64,000 nt of DNA from Saprospiraceae bacterium. GTDB taxonomy: Bacteria; Bacteroidota; Bacteroidia; Chitinophagales; Saprospiraceae. The notes beneath the pieces were generated by a model, which was not told the DNA's origin, did no database searches, and was given only the letters and a program-made list of their open reading frames with translations. Positions 28,889 to 38,310 of the stretch are shown in pieces. The DNA is taken from NCBI GenBank assembly GCA_044227925.1, contig JBGAVW010000008.1, forward strand, positions 1,236 to 65,235, read 5' to 3'. Made by a program: the position numbers and the translations under genes. The stretch's first letter is position 1, and each line of letters starts with the position of its first letter.

Positions 28889-29089
28889 CTATTCTAATTC
28901 AAATGACAATTTAGCATTGATCCGGTACTCTTTAATCTTTCCATTCTCAATCGTCACTCCTAAATTTTGAATATTAGCAGATTTAATATTGCGCAAGGAT
29001 TTGCTTGCTTTAGCGATTGCTTGCTCAGTTGCATCCGACCATGATTTGGTGGAATTTGCCAGTATTTCAATAACCTTAACTGTTGCCAT
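28889..29089 (-). CDS. Dodecin-family protein (paralog 2)
   Basis: 66 aa. 'VKVIEILANSTKSWSDATEQAIAKASKSLRNI...' matches the dodecin layout. Confidence 0.8.
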   Translation of the reverse strand: MATVKVIEILANSTKSWSDATEQAIAKASKSLRNIKSANIQNLGVTIENGKIKEYRINAKLSFELE

Positions 29090-29091
29090 AG

Positions 29092-29292
29092 TTATTCTAA
29101 TTCAAATGTTAGAGAAAGATTTACACGGAATTCTTTGATTTTTCCTTTGTCTACTGCAACACTCATATTATTTACATTTACTGAACGAATGTTTTTCAAT
29201 GTTTTGTCAGCTTTTTTTACAGCTTTTTCAATTGCATCTTCAAAACTTTTAGGTGAGTTTGACAACACTTCGATTACTTTTAGGATAGCCAT
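29092..29292 (-). CDS. Dodecin-family protein (paralog 1)
   Basis: 66 aa. 'LKVIEVLSNSPKSFEDAIEKAVKKADKTLKNI...FRVNLSLTFELE'. It lies 2 nt from its paralog. Confidence 0.8.
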   Translation of the reverse strand: MAILKVIEVLSNSPKSFEDAIEKAVKKADKTLKNIRSVNVNNMSVAVDKGKIKEFRVNLSLTFELE

Positions 29293-29402
29293 ATGTATAA
29301 TTATTTTTAATAAAGGTACGGGAATTCCACATTTGCCATTCTATTAAAATCAAAAATGATTTACCCTCAATATCCTAACAAAATAAGGCAGGCCCTATGT
29401 TT

Positions 29403-29978
29403 TTATGACCTGGAGGCCAATTTTATATTTTCAAATATCTCTTTTTCCCAACCGGGTAGGTAGCCCCTTTTTTGCCAGACCAATTTCCCCTTTTTATTAA
29501 AAATGAAAGTCTGGGGTAATCCATTTAGACTTCCCGGTAAAATGCCTTTGAATGTCCTGTTAAAGTCCCAATATGAATTAAAAGGCCATTGTTCGCTATT
29601 AACCCTTTGTATAAAGGCAGGATAGTTTACATCCCTGTCTTCAGACATAGCAACAAGGTTAAATGGCACCTCTCTCTGCCAAGAGCTATAATTTTGTTTT
29701 ATAGACTCCAATTCCCGTGAACAAGGATTGCATGTAGTGAGCCAAAACATCATTACGGTAGGTTTGCCATTTTTTTCTAAAATAGCAGTGGTACTAATAT
29801 CATTTTGATCTTTATCTTTTACAGTTACATCAAATGGAAATTCACTTGATATGGTAGGAGGATCTGAAACCAATGTAGCCATCTGTGTTAATGGTGCGGT
29901 AGAGAGGTCCCCGGTCAAATTTTTATTTTTACAGAAGACCAAAAAACAAACTGAAATGAATAGAAAAAAATGTTTCAT
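29403..29978 (-). CDS. Thioredoxin-fold TlpA/AhpC-like thiol-disulfide oxidoreductase
   Basis: Signal or lipoprotein-like N-terminus (SVCFLVFC). CxxC motif 'WLTTCNPCSRE'. Confidence 0.7.
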   Translation of the reverse strand: MKHFFLFISVCFLVFCKNKNLTGDLSTAPLTQMATLVSDPPTISSEFPFDVTVKDKDQNDISTTAILEKNGKPTVMMFWLTTCNPCSRELESIKQNYSSWQREVPFNLVAMSEDRDVNYPAFIQRVNSEQWPFNSYWDFNRTFKGILPGSLNGLPQTFIFNKKGKLVWQKRGYLPGWEKEIFENIKLASRS

Positions 29979-30111
29979 ATCCCAAGGGAAAAATGTAAAA
30001 TTAATTTAATTATTTGTAATATTTCAGTCTATCAAGTAGTCTCTTAAAAGCATCTTTTTCATTCGCTTTGCAATTAGTGCATGTAGTAATACTCAATACC
30101 TGCATGGAATA

Positions 30112-31092
30112 TTATTTTAATTGTGTCAATGCTTGGATATAGTCTTTATTTTCAGGATTCAACCTGATTGCTATTTGATAGTCTGTCTTAGCCCCCTCCA
30201 GATCATTGATTGCTTCTTTTACTGTACCCCTTCTAAAATAAAATAATGCATTCGAGGGGTCCCTTTCGCAAGCAATTGTAAAATGATCTAAGGCTTTTGA
30301 AAATGAATCTATACTGAAATACACTATCCCTGCGTTGATGATGGCATCTATATAGGATGGATCCAATGAAATAATTTTCTCGTAACAGGATATGGCTTTT
30401 AATGGGTCCTGATCCTGATAAAAATCAGCTATAGCATGAAGGGTTTGAATAGAATTTGTGTCGATGTTGTACGCATTTGTAAGGCAGCGGGTAGCATAAA
30501 CCTGATCTTTAAATTTATTCAATTGCGCAAGCAATAACCAAGCGTCTGCCATTTTATCATCATACGTTGTAGCTTTTTGTAAACTCAAAATGGCATTGGC
30601 TGTATCTTTCAAATCCCTGTAATTTAACCCGATCATCAGGTATCCCTCTGCATGTAATGGATCCACTGACAAAACCTGGAGTGTGGTTTTTATTGATTCA
30701 TCATATTGTTTGAGTATATTTTGGTATTCAGCCAGTTTTAGCAACGTTTGGATCCTGCCGGGAAATACTCGGGCGGCCTCTTTCATCGTATTTAATGCTT
30801 CAAAAGATTGATTATTATCCAGCAAAGCATCCGCCAATAAATGATAATAAAGAGCATTCAGCGAGTCTAATTGAATAGCATATTTAAGATCGGTAATTGC
30901 TTCATCAAAATGAGCTAAATTATAATTTCTTTCGGCCCGTATGAAATACAAACTATCGACAGTAGGATTACGAGCTATCCGTTCCGTTATTTCACTCAGA
31001 CCTGCATCAATAATTGGATTGATTTCGGGTTCATTTTTGCATGAAATAAAAATTATAAAACACAAATACCAAAGAATCTTTCTGTACCCCAT
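30112..31092 (-). CDS. Tetratricopeptide-repeat lipoprotein
   Basis: Lipoprotein signal 'IIFISC' and repeated A..Y..A..LDP/N motifs throughout. Confidence 0.75.
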   Translation of the reverse strand: MGYRKILWYLCFIIFISCKNEPEINPIIDAGLSEITERIARNPTVDSLYFIRAERNYNLAHFDEAITDLKYAIQLDSLNALYYHLLADALLDNNQSFEALNTMKEAARVFPGRIQTLLKLAEYQNILKQYDESIKTTLQVLSVDPLHAEGYLMIGLNYRDLKDTANAILSLQKATTYDDKMADAWLLLAQLNKFKDQVYATRCLTNAYNIDTNSIQTLHAIADFYQDQDPLKAISCYEKIISLDPSYIDAIINAGIVYFSIDSFSKALDHFTIACERDPSNALFYFRRGTVKEAINDLEGAKTDYQIAIRLNPENKDYIQALTQLK

Positions 31093-31132
31093 TGAATAAA
31101 AATTCTGCTATTTTAGTGCAAAAATAAGGAAT

Positions 31133-31654
31133 ATGAATTGGAGACGACCAATGGAGCATGAATGTGCTGGTTATTTTACCCGCTATACCATGTATGTTCA
31201 TGAAGATAATGCCCTTGAAGTATTAAAAGCAAGTAAATACAATTCTATAAGACTAATGAGTACCCTATCCCTTACTGATTGGGACCATAGGTATGCAGAT
31301 GGTAAATGGTCCGTAAAAGAAGTTTGGGTACATATTTTGGACACGGAAAGAATTTTTGCTTATCGCATGTTGAGAATTGGAAGAGGAGATCAAACTCCGT
31401 TGCCTGGATTTGAACAGGATGAATACATAATCCCATCTGAGGCAAATCACAGGACTGTTGCCAGTATAATTTCCGAGTATGAGGCTGTGCGAAACAATAC
31501 CATTTCTTTAATTGAAAACTTACCGGTCTCCGCTTTTGACCGAATGGGTACTGCCAGTGAGAACCCAATCAGTTGCAGGGCATTCGCATTTATAATTGCG
31601 GGGCATGAATTACACCATCTTAAAGTATTGAGGGAAAATTATAAAATTAGCTAA
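31133..31654 (+). CDS. DinB-family (DinB_2-like) protein
   Basis: 173 aa. Conserved His positions in 'VKEVWVHILDTERIF' and 'AGHELHHLKVL', consistent with a four-helix metal-binding bundle. Confidence 0.6.
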   Translation: MNWRRPMEHECAGYFTRYTMYVHEDNALEVLKASKYNSIRLMSTLSLTDWDHRYADGKWSVKEVWVHILDTERIFAYRMLRIGRGDQTPLPGFEQDEYIIPSEANHRTVASIISEYEAVRNNTISLIENLPVSAFDRMGTASENPISCRAFAFIIAGHELHHLKVLRENYKIS

Positions 31655-31730
31655 TTTGGATCGGATTATACCCGTTTGCTGGACCCGCGTTCTAATACAT
31701 ATGCCAAATGAATTGCATTTTTGAGTGCTT

Positions 31731-34469
31731 ATGTATATTTTACAGGCTGAAACGTTGAGGTCAATACTATTAATTTTATTTGTTTTGTCTATTCCCATGC
31801 AGGATGCCATAGCTCAGGGTGTTTCTGAGAATATGCTGGTTTCTATTGAATGCCAGCAAAAAACCATACCCGAAATACTGTCGTTAATAGAACCACAAAT
31901 TAAAATGCCTTTTTTTTATTCAGTCGAGCGTATGACTACTAAAAAGTTAGACTTTAAAGTTAAAGAATTGAATTTGAGCGAAGCCTTACAAGAATTATTC
32001 TCCGGCACCTCTTTGGATTATATTATTTACCGTGAATCCGGGATTATAATTGGCGATGTTACAATTGTCAGAAATGCGTATTCTGCAGATTATTATAAGA
32101 CCTTGACTGTACCCATTGAAGATTTGACTTTACAATCATCAAACAAACCCATTATTATTGGAAATAAAGAAAAACTGGCTTCCAACGGCAAAGTGATTTT
32201 ATCAGGATCGGTATTACAGCAAAAAGACAAATCTCCCGTGATTGGGGCAACAATACGGATTCCAGGCTCTTCATATGGTACTGCCACGGATGAAAACGGT
32301 AAGTTTAGGATGGAAATACCGGCAGGATCACATAATTTATTGACACAATATATTGGCAACGCCGATCTTTCCAGTTCCATTTTGGCATACAGTGACGGCG
32401 AGGTAAAATTGGTAATGGAAGCAGAAACCATTAATCTTAAAGAGGTAACCATAGGTACACAGGCAATAGATGCCAATATCAAAGCTGCCCAGATCGGTGT
32501 CACGCAACTCAATTTAAAAACCCTGCGAAAACTTCCTGTATTTATGGGTGAAACAGATATTGTGAAAACATTGTTAACCACACCTGGTGTAAGTTCATTA
32601 GGTGAAGGTGCAACAGGATTCAATGTGAGAGGTGGTGAAGTAGATCAAAATCTGATTTTACAGGACGAAGGACTAATTTTTAATTCATCTCATGCTTTGG
32701 GCTTTTTTAGTGCTTTTAATGCCGATCTTATACAAAGCGTAAATTTATATAAAAGTATTCTTCCGGCTTCATTTGGGGGGCGCCTTGCGTCTGCATTGGA
32801 TATTGAAATGAGGGAAGGTGATTATACCAAATTTAAAATTAAATCCGGTATAGGATTGGTCAGTGGCAGGATTACCATTGAAGGTCCAATACAAAAAGAC
32901 AAAACTTCCGTAATCCTTGGCATCCGGAGTTCATATTCGGACTGGTTACTCAAACAAGCCAAAAATATTGAAGTTAAAAACAGTACAGCCTCTTTCTATG
33001 ATGCCAATATCAGACTTAGTCATAAGTTTAATAATAAAAACTCACTGAGTGTCTCAGTTTATAACTCCTATGACCGATTTGAATACAATAAGTCATTTGG
33101 ATTTCAATACGGCACATTAAATATTCAATCGATTTATAAAAAAATATTTTCTTCTAAAGTTTACTCTAAATGGATCATTTCCAAAGGAAACTACAATAGC
33201 CAGCAAACAGACCTTACAGGTACAGATGCCTCCCGATTAAAAAACCAGGTAGATCAATGGCAATTTAAAAACAATATTACCATAAATCAACGTACAAATT
33301 TGCAATATCAGTTTGGATTCCAGACGATTTTGTATAAAATCTTACCTGGTGACCGTAGCCCATTCGCAAGTTATTCCAACGTTATTCCCAAAAGAATCGA
33401 AAATGAAAAAGGCCTGGAGTCAGCAGCTTACTTCAGCATGGATAAATCCTTTTCTGGTCTTCAGGTAAATGCTGGACTCAGAATCAGTCACTATGCATTT
33501 CTAGGTCCGAAATCCATTTTCCAATATTCAACAGGCTACCCTTATTCGACCAAACATATTTCTGATACCATCCTGCTCCCATCCAATTCATTTATTAAAT
33601 CCTATATCAACCTGGAGCCAAGGTTTTCACTCCGGTACTCTATAAATAGTACTTCATCTATTAAGTCCGGATATGCTCGCACAGTTCAATACGTTAATCA
33701 GATCTTCAATTCAGACTCCCCTACTCCTACCAGCCAATATCAATTAAGTACAGAATACATTCTTCCCACAAAGGCCCACAATATCAGCATTGGTTATTTT
33801 AAAAATTTTAAAGATAATCTCTGGGAAAGCTCGATTGAAATTTTTGGACGACATATGAGCAATGTACTGGACTACAAAGATTTTGCTGATTTATATGTAA
33901 ATGACCATATTGAGACCGAGTTGTTGAGAGGAACTGGCAGGGCATACGGAGCAGAGCTGAGTATAAAAAAGATTAAAGGAGAATTAAATGGATCTTTCGC
34001 TTACACTCTTTCAAAGACTGAGAGACAAATAAATGGTATCAGTAATTCCAGATGGTATCCGAGTAATTTTGATAAACCACATCAAATAACTATGGTACTC
34101 AATCATCAGTACAATCAAAGACATAGCTTTTCTGTCAATTTTGTATACAATACCGGCCGCCCGACCACGGCTCCTCAGGGATCATATCGTTCACTGTCAG
34201 GTGTTCCTATCCCGATCTATTCTTCACGCAATTGGTTGCGAATACCTGATTATCATCGCATGGATTTGGCATACACTTTTGGTCATGGATATAAAAAAAG
34301 AAAAAAGATAAAGACCAGCTGGACAGTTTCTATTTACAATTTGTATGCAAGAAAAAATGCTTTTTCGGTCTATTTCACACAAACTCCATTTACTGGAGCA
34401 CAGGCCAATAAACTGGCTGTGCTTGGTACAGTCTTCCCATCCATTACTTTAAATCTCGAAACCCGATGA
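31731..34469 (+). CDS. TonB-dependent receptor-like outer membrane protein (STN, carboxypeptidase-regulatory-like, plug and barrel)
   Basis: N-terminal STN-like 'IPEILSLIE...LNLSEALQELFSGTSLDYIIY'. 'ILSGSVLQQKDKSPVIGATIRIPGSSYGTATDENGKF' is CarboxypepD_reg-like. Plug 'GETDIVKTLLTTPGVSSLGEGATGFNVRGG'. Long beta-rich C-terminus. The ATG at 31731 is preferred over the GTG at 31725. Confidence 0.8.
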   Translation: MYILQAETLRSILLILFVLSIPMQDAIAQGVSENMLVSIECQQKTIPEILSLIEPQIKMPFFYSVERMTTKKLDFKVKELNLSEALQELFSGTSLDYIIYRESGIIIGDVTIVRNAYSADYYKTLTVPIEDLTLQSSNKPIIIGNKEKLASNGKVILSGSVLQQKDKSPVIGATIRIPGSSYGTATDENGKFRMEIPAGSHNLLTQYIGNADLSSSILAYSDGEVKLVMEAETINLKEVTIGTQAIDANIKAAQIGVTQLNLKTLRKLPVFMGETDIVKTLLTTPGVSSLGEGATGFNVRGGEVDQNLILQDEGLIFNSSHALGFFSAFNADLIQSVNLYKSILPASFGGRLASALDIEMREGDYTKFKIKSGIGLVSGRITIEGPIQKDKTSVILGIRSSYSDWLLKQAKNIEVKNSTASFYDANIRLSHKFNNKNSLSVSVYNSYDRFEYNKSFGFQYGTLNIQSIYKKIFSSKVYSKWIISKGNYNSQQTDLTGTDASRLKNQVDQWQFKNNITINQRTNLQYQFGFQTILYKILPGDRSPFASYSNVIPKRIENEKGLESAAYFSMDKSFSGLQVNAGLRISHYAFLGPKSIFQYSTGYPYSTKHISDTILLPSNSFIKSYINLEPRFSLRYSINSTSSIKSGYARTVQYVNQIFNSDSPTPTSQYQLSTEYILPTKAHNISIGYFKNFKDNLWESSIEIFGRHMSNVLDYKDFADLYVNDHIETELLRGTGRAYGAELSIKKIKGELNGSFAYTLSKTERQINGISNSRWYPSNFDKPHQITMVLNHQYNQRHSFSVNFVYNTGRPTTAPQGSYRSLSGVPIPIYSSRNWLRIPDYHRMDLAYTFGHGYKKRKKIKTSWTVSIYNLYARKNAFSVYFTQTPFTGAQANKLAVLGTVFPSITLNLETR

Positions 34470-35530
34470 AAATCAGTTTTCTGATAACTTGTGTCTGTCT
34501 TATGATTTTGCTCTCCTGCATTGATAAGATTGAATTAAAAAATCATGAATTCAGTACCAAGGCTTTGGTAATCCAGGGCAAATTGGTAAAAGGAACCCTG
34601 AATTCACATATTACAGCAACTATACAGAGATTGGGTGAATATGGTACCAATGAAAGGGAAGCCTATATCACCAGCGCAAAAGTCAGTATACTGGATGAAA
34701 ATAATAATTCATTAGAATTGATTTCTGCCCCGCGATCTACGGGTTATGAATTGATCATCTCTGCAACTAATCCTACTTTAAAAATTGAAATAGGAAAAAG
34801 TTACAAATTGAGAGTAATAATGCCCGACGGCAAAGTTTACCTTTCAAATCCCGAGGCTATATATCCGGTGCCAAAACCCGATAAAATTTGGAATGAAACT
34901 GCAATTCAAAAGTTTCAAGACAATAAAGGTGTGGTACAGACCCGCCAAATTATCCGATTCAGAATTTCCACATCCGTTACACCGACCATGAGCCTCGACA
35001 AAAGCAAATTGAAATGGGAATCCTCCATTGTTTACAAAATTACAGATGATGTCTTACGTGTATGTTACAGCAATGAACCTCAACAACCAGAAAAAATAAA
35101 CATAGTAGATCCAACCCGTGACAATACCACCAGGTTAGATTCAATAATAGCACTGGAGACTGCTTTGGATTATCGGTTTGCAGAAGCCAGTTATATTAAT
35201 GTTCTTCTCGAATCATTGAGTACAGAAGCATACGAATATTGGAATCAGGTAAAGCTACTTGCCGAAAGGAGTGGAAATATGTTTGAGCCACCGGCTGCAA
35301 CCATTCGGACAAACTTCAAAAATCCAAATGTTGAAAGTGAAAAAGTATTCGGTTATTTCTATGCCACAGTACAGGATACACTACGGTTAAAGATAGACTC
35401 TACCACAGTGGGGAAAATAAGAACATATTGTCCGCAGCCTCCTACCGACAGAATAGGCCTTACTATTTGCAACAACTGTCTGCTCATTGGCAGTACTGCA
35501 AGTACCACTAAACCGTATTATTGGAAATGA
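34466..35530 (+). CDS. DUF4249-like lipoprotein
   Basis: Lipoprotein signal 'MILLSC'. Its start overlaps the receptor stop (ATGA). Size and position after a CarboxypepD_reg-type receptor match the usual DUF4249 context (recollection). Confidence 0.55.
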   Translation: MKISFLITCVCLMILLSCIDKIELKNHEFSTKALVIQGKLVKGTLNSHITATIQRLGEYGTNEREAYITSAKVSILDENNNSLELISAPRSTGYELIISATNPTLKIEIGKSYKLRVIMPDGKVYLSNPEAIYPVPKPDKIWNETAIQKFQDNKGVVQTRQIIRFRISTSVTPTMSLDKSKLKWESSIVYKITDDVLRVCYSNEPQQPEKINIVDPTRDNTTRLDSIIALETALDYRFAEASYINVLLESLSTEAYEYWNQVKLLAERSGNMFEPPAATIRTNFKNPNVESEKVFGYFYATVQDTLRLKIDSTTVGKIRTYCPQPPTDRIGLTICNNCLLIGSTASTTKPYYWK

Positions 35531-37149
35531 TCAGCAAACTTATATTCTATTTGGCCTTGGTACTGCTGACTTTTACCAGTGGATTAAGTCAAAGCGAAAG
35601 CACCATACTACATACTGATAAAGAATTTTATGTTACTGGTGAGACCATTTGGTATAAGTTATACTTACCTCATGCGCCGGCAGGAAAAGAAGCCGCTATC
35701 AAAGCCATTTTGTTGGATCAAAGCGGCAGGATTATCCAAAGCTACTTTTGCAGTACACATGGGGCAGCCTTCATATATGGCCAGTTCGAAATACCGTTTG
35801 ATTTGGCGACAGGTTGGTATCAATTGGTATTTTCAAATTTTGACCCAAAATCAAGATTAGAAAATTTATTAATCGGGACATACATTCCAATATATAATGA
35901 TCTCCTTCCCTTTCCACCTCTTAATACCAGTAGCCTGGTTAATAATTCGGATGTACCTAATTCAGGTATTAGCTTAAACATCAATCTCTCACAGGAGAAA
36001 ATCAGGCCCCGACAAGAAATGGAAATTGAATTGATTTTAACTGATTCCTCAACAATGCCAATATCCGGCAATGCTTCCATAACCATTTTAGATAAGAATT
36101 TGAATACTGTTTTTGAAACTCTCCATACATCCCACATTGGAGTCAATGATGCCGGCATTTCCTACCATAATGTGTTTAATTTTGATTTTGAAACTTCTGC
36201 GCGGGAAAAAAACAACAGGGAGTATATTGGTATATTTTTAAAGGAGTCCTTCAAGTTCAGATATGTTTCTTCGTTGAATAATAATTTTACATTGGTCCTT
36301 GATCCATTTGCCGGAGAAAAAGAATCTCAGCAATTTTTCATTTCAGATTTTAATAAACCCATATCCAAAACCTGTTTGTCATTAGGGCCTCTCGCGTCTG
36401 TATTACCTTTCAATCCGCAAATCCAACAATATCTCGAATGGAGCCGAACAAGAAAAAAGACATTATCGATATTTCCCGCCCCAGGTCCACCGATGATCAA
36501 GGCTATATCTAAATCAGAATTGAAGGATATGCCTACCCCTGATCGGAGCATTGAAGTATCCAAATACGATGAATTTGAAGATGTATTTTCATTTTTCAAA
36601 GAATTGAATACACCATTAAAATTTAAACTAGATAAAAATAAAAGAATAATAGCCTCTGTATATAATACCGAAATATCAACAGAACTTGAAGGTAAGCCTG
36701 TTTTTATCATTGATGGAAGGGTCACTGACCGGGCTGATTGGATTGCCCGATTGCCAATGGCTACAATAAAAAAAGTTGATATTTTTTATAATACCAAAAT
36801 TTTGCTTAATTATTTTGGTATGATTGGTAGAAGTGGAATGATCATAATACAGACCAAAACCAATTTAAATATGCCCGATTCTATTGCCCATTTTGAGAAC
36901 AAATTAAATGGGTACATCCCTATGAAAGGAAGTTATGAGATAAAAAAAGAACAAATTGAATCGCGCCACACTCCTCTTTTTAAACCTCTTGTATATTGGA
37001 ATGCCAATATAGAACTTGACAAAAAAGGCAGGGCAAGTATAAAATTTTTCCACTCCGATGATATTGGTGATTTTATAGTAAAAGTGGTGGCTATGGATAA
37101 CAATGGAAATATAACCAGTTCAAATTCAAAATATAAGGTCACTCCATAG
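35527..37149 (+). CDS. Secreted hypothetical protein with an MG2-like N-terminus and a TonB-plug-like C-terminal segment
   Basis: Signal peptide, then 'KEFYVTGETIWYKLYL' (macroglobulin-like). 'GKPVFIIDGRVTD...IKKVDIFYN...GMIGRSGMIIIQTK' resembles the plug consensus. The ATG at 35527 overlaps the upstream stop (ATGA). Confidence 0.6.
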   Translation: MISKLIFYLALVLLTFTSGLSQSESTILHTDKEFYVTGETIWYKLYLPHAPAGKEAAIKAILLDQSGRIIQSYFCSTHGAAFIYGQFEIPFDLATGWYQLVFSNFDPKSRLENLLIGTYIPIYNDLLPFPPLNTSSLVNNSDVPNSGISLNINLSQEKIRPRQEMEIELILTDSSTMPISGNASITILDKNLNTVFETLHTSHIGVNDAGISYHNVFNFDFETSAREKNNREYIGIFLKESFKFRYVSSLNNNFTLVLDPFAGEKESQQFFISDFNKPISKTCLSLGPLASVLPFNPQIQQYLEWSRTRKKTLSIFPAPGPPMIKAISKSELKDMPTPDRSIEVSKYDEFEDVFSFFKELNTPLKFKLDKNKRIIASVYNTEISTELEGKPVFIIDGRVTDRADWIARLPMATIKKVDIFYNTKILLNYFGMIGRSGMIIIQTKTNLNMPDSIAHFENKLNGYIPMKGSYEIKKEQIESRHTPLFKPLVYWNANIELDKKGRASIKFFHSDDIGDFIVKVVAMDNNGNITSSNSKYKVTP

Positions 37150-37367
37150 TCTTAGAATTTGCATTACCTATGTTAATAATATCCTAAGGAGAATTATTTA
37201 CTGCATTTCTCAAAAAATAAATCACGTTGGCCACTAAAATAGCCATACCTTTGCCCTACGATCAGAGCATTATAGGCAATCCAGATTACAGGAATCGTTT
37301 ATTTCTTACATCCATTTGCAATACAACTATACTTATTTTTTGACTGCTTCCCTGAATCTCTTGCTCG

Positions 37368-37397
37368 TTTTTTTTTAATTTTTTAATTTTTTTCTTT
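37368..37397 (+). promoter_or_regulatory. U-rich tract directly upstream of the RRM-protein start codon
   Basis: The sequence tttttttttaattttttaatttttttcttt sits immediately 5' of the ATG at 37398, at the end of a 248-nt intergenic leader. Confidence 0.4.
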
Positions 37398-37709
37398 ATG
37401 AAAATTTATGTTTCAAATTTAGGGTTTGATGTCAATGACTCTGCTCTGAATGATCTTTTTACTGCTCATGGAGCAGTTGTTTCTGCTAAAGTAATTTTAG
37501 ACAGAGAAACCGGTAGGTCTCGTGGATTCGGTTTTGTAGAAATGTCAGATGATGAATCAGGCAAAAATGCAATTCGATTGTTAAACAATCAGGATATCAA
37601 TGGAAGGCCGATATCAGTATCAATAGCCAAAGACAAATCTCAACTAGGCAGCAGCACTTCGTTTAATCGGGGTGGAAATACCGGTGGTGGATTTAAGAAA
37701 AGATGGTAA
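37398..37709 (+). CDS. RNA-binding protein (single RRM with a Gly-rich tail)
   Basis: RNP-2 'IYVSNL', RNP-1 'RGFGFVEM' and a C-terminal 'NRGGNTGGGFKKRW'. Confidence 0.9.
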   Translation: MKIYVSNLGFDVNDSALNDLFTAHGAVVSAKVILDRETGRSRGFGFVEMSDDESGKNAIRLLNNQDINGRPISVSIAKDKSQLGSSTSFNRGGNTGGGFKKRW

Positions 37710-37737
37710 TAGCGATTTAGAAAATACCGATATAAAA

Positions 37738-37775
37738 AGACCATTCATGTCCTGTACAGAATGGTCTTTTATTTT
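37738..37775. terminator. Bidirectional terminator between the RRM gene and hpt
   Basis: Stem agaccattc / gaatggtct (37738-37746 and 37759-37767). It is flanked by A-run 5' and T-run 3'. Confidence 0.7.
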
Positions 37776-38308
37776 AATTTATAAATATCCCTTAGATTTC
37801 TGCCTAATCCATCGTAATCAAGGCCATAGCCGACAACAAATTCTTTTGGAATTTTGAAACAATAATGGTCAAGCTGAACATCTACTTCCAATGCTTCTTC
37901 CTTATATAATAATGCGGTGACAAAAACCGATTTGGGTTCGTATGATTTCAGTACGGGCACAAATCGATGAAGTGTCTGCCCGGTATCTACAATGTCTTCT
38001 ACCACAATCACGTGTTTATTTATCCATTTATGTGAAAGTTCTGATTCCATTTTTACTACACCTGTAGTTTTCAGACCCTGGTAAGATTCTATCCGGATAA
38101 ACTGAACTGTACAAGGAAATTCCAATGCCCTCAACAAATCGGCCATAAACATAAATGACCCATTTAAAATGCCCAGTACCAAAGGAGGTTCATCAATATC
38201 CTCAAATTTTTTATTTAACAAAGCAGCCAGTTCATTGACCTTGTTTTCTATGGATTCTTTAGTTATAAATGGTACAAAGGCATGACCGTGTATTTGCTTT
38301 TCACTCAT
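37769..38308 (-). CDS. hpt: Hypoxanthine phosphoribosyltransferase
   Basis: 179 aa. PRPP-binding motif 'VIVVEDIVDTGQTL' and C-terminal 'FVVGYGLDY'. Confidence 0.9.
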   Translation of the reverse strand: MSEKQIHGHAFVPFITKESIENKVNELAALLNKKFEDIDEPPLVLGILNGSFMFMADLLRALEFPCTVQFIRIESYQGLKTTGVVKMESELSHKWINKHVIVVEDIVDTGQTLHRFVPVLKSYEPKSVFVTALLYKEEALEVDVQLDHYCFKIPKEFVVGYGLDYDGLGRNLRDIYKLK

Positions 38309-38310
38309 AA

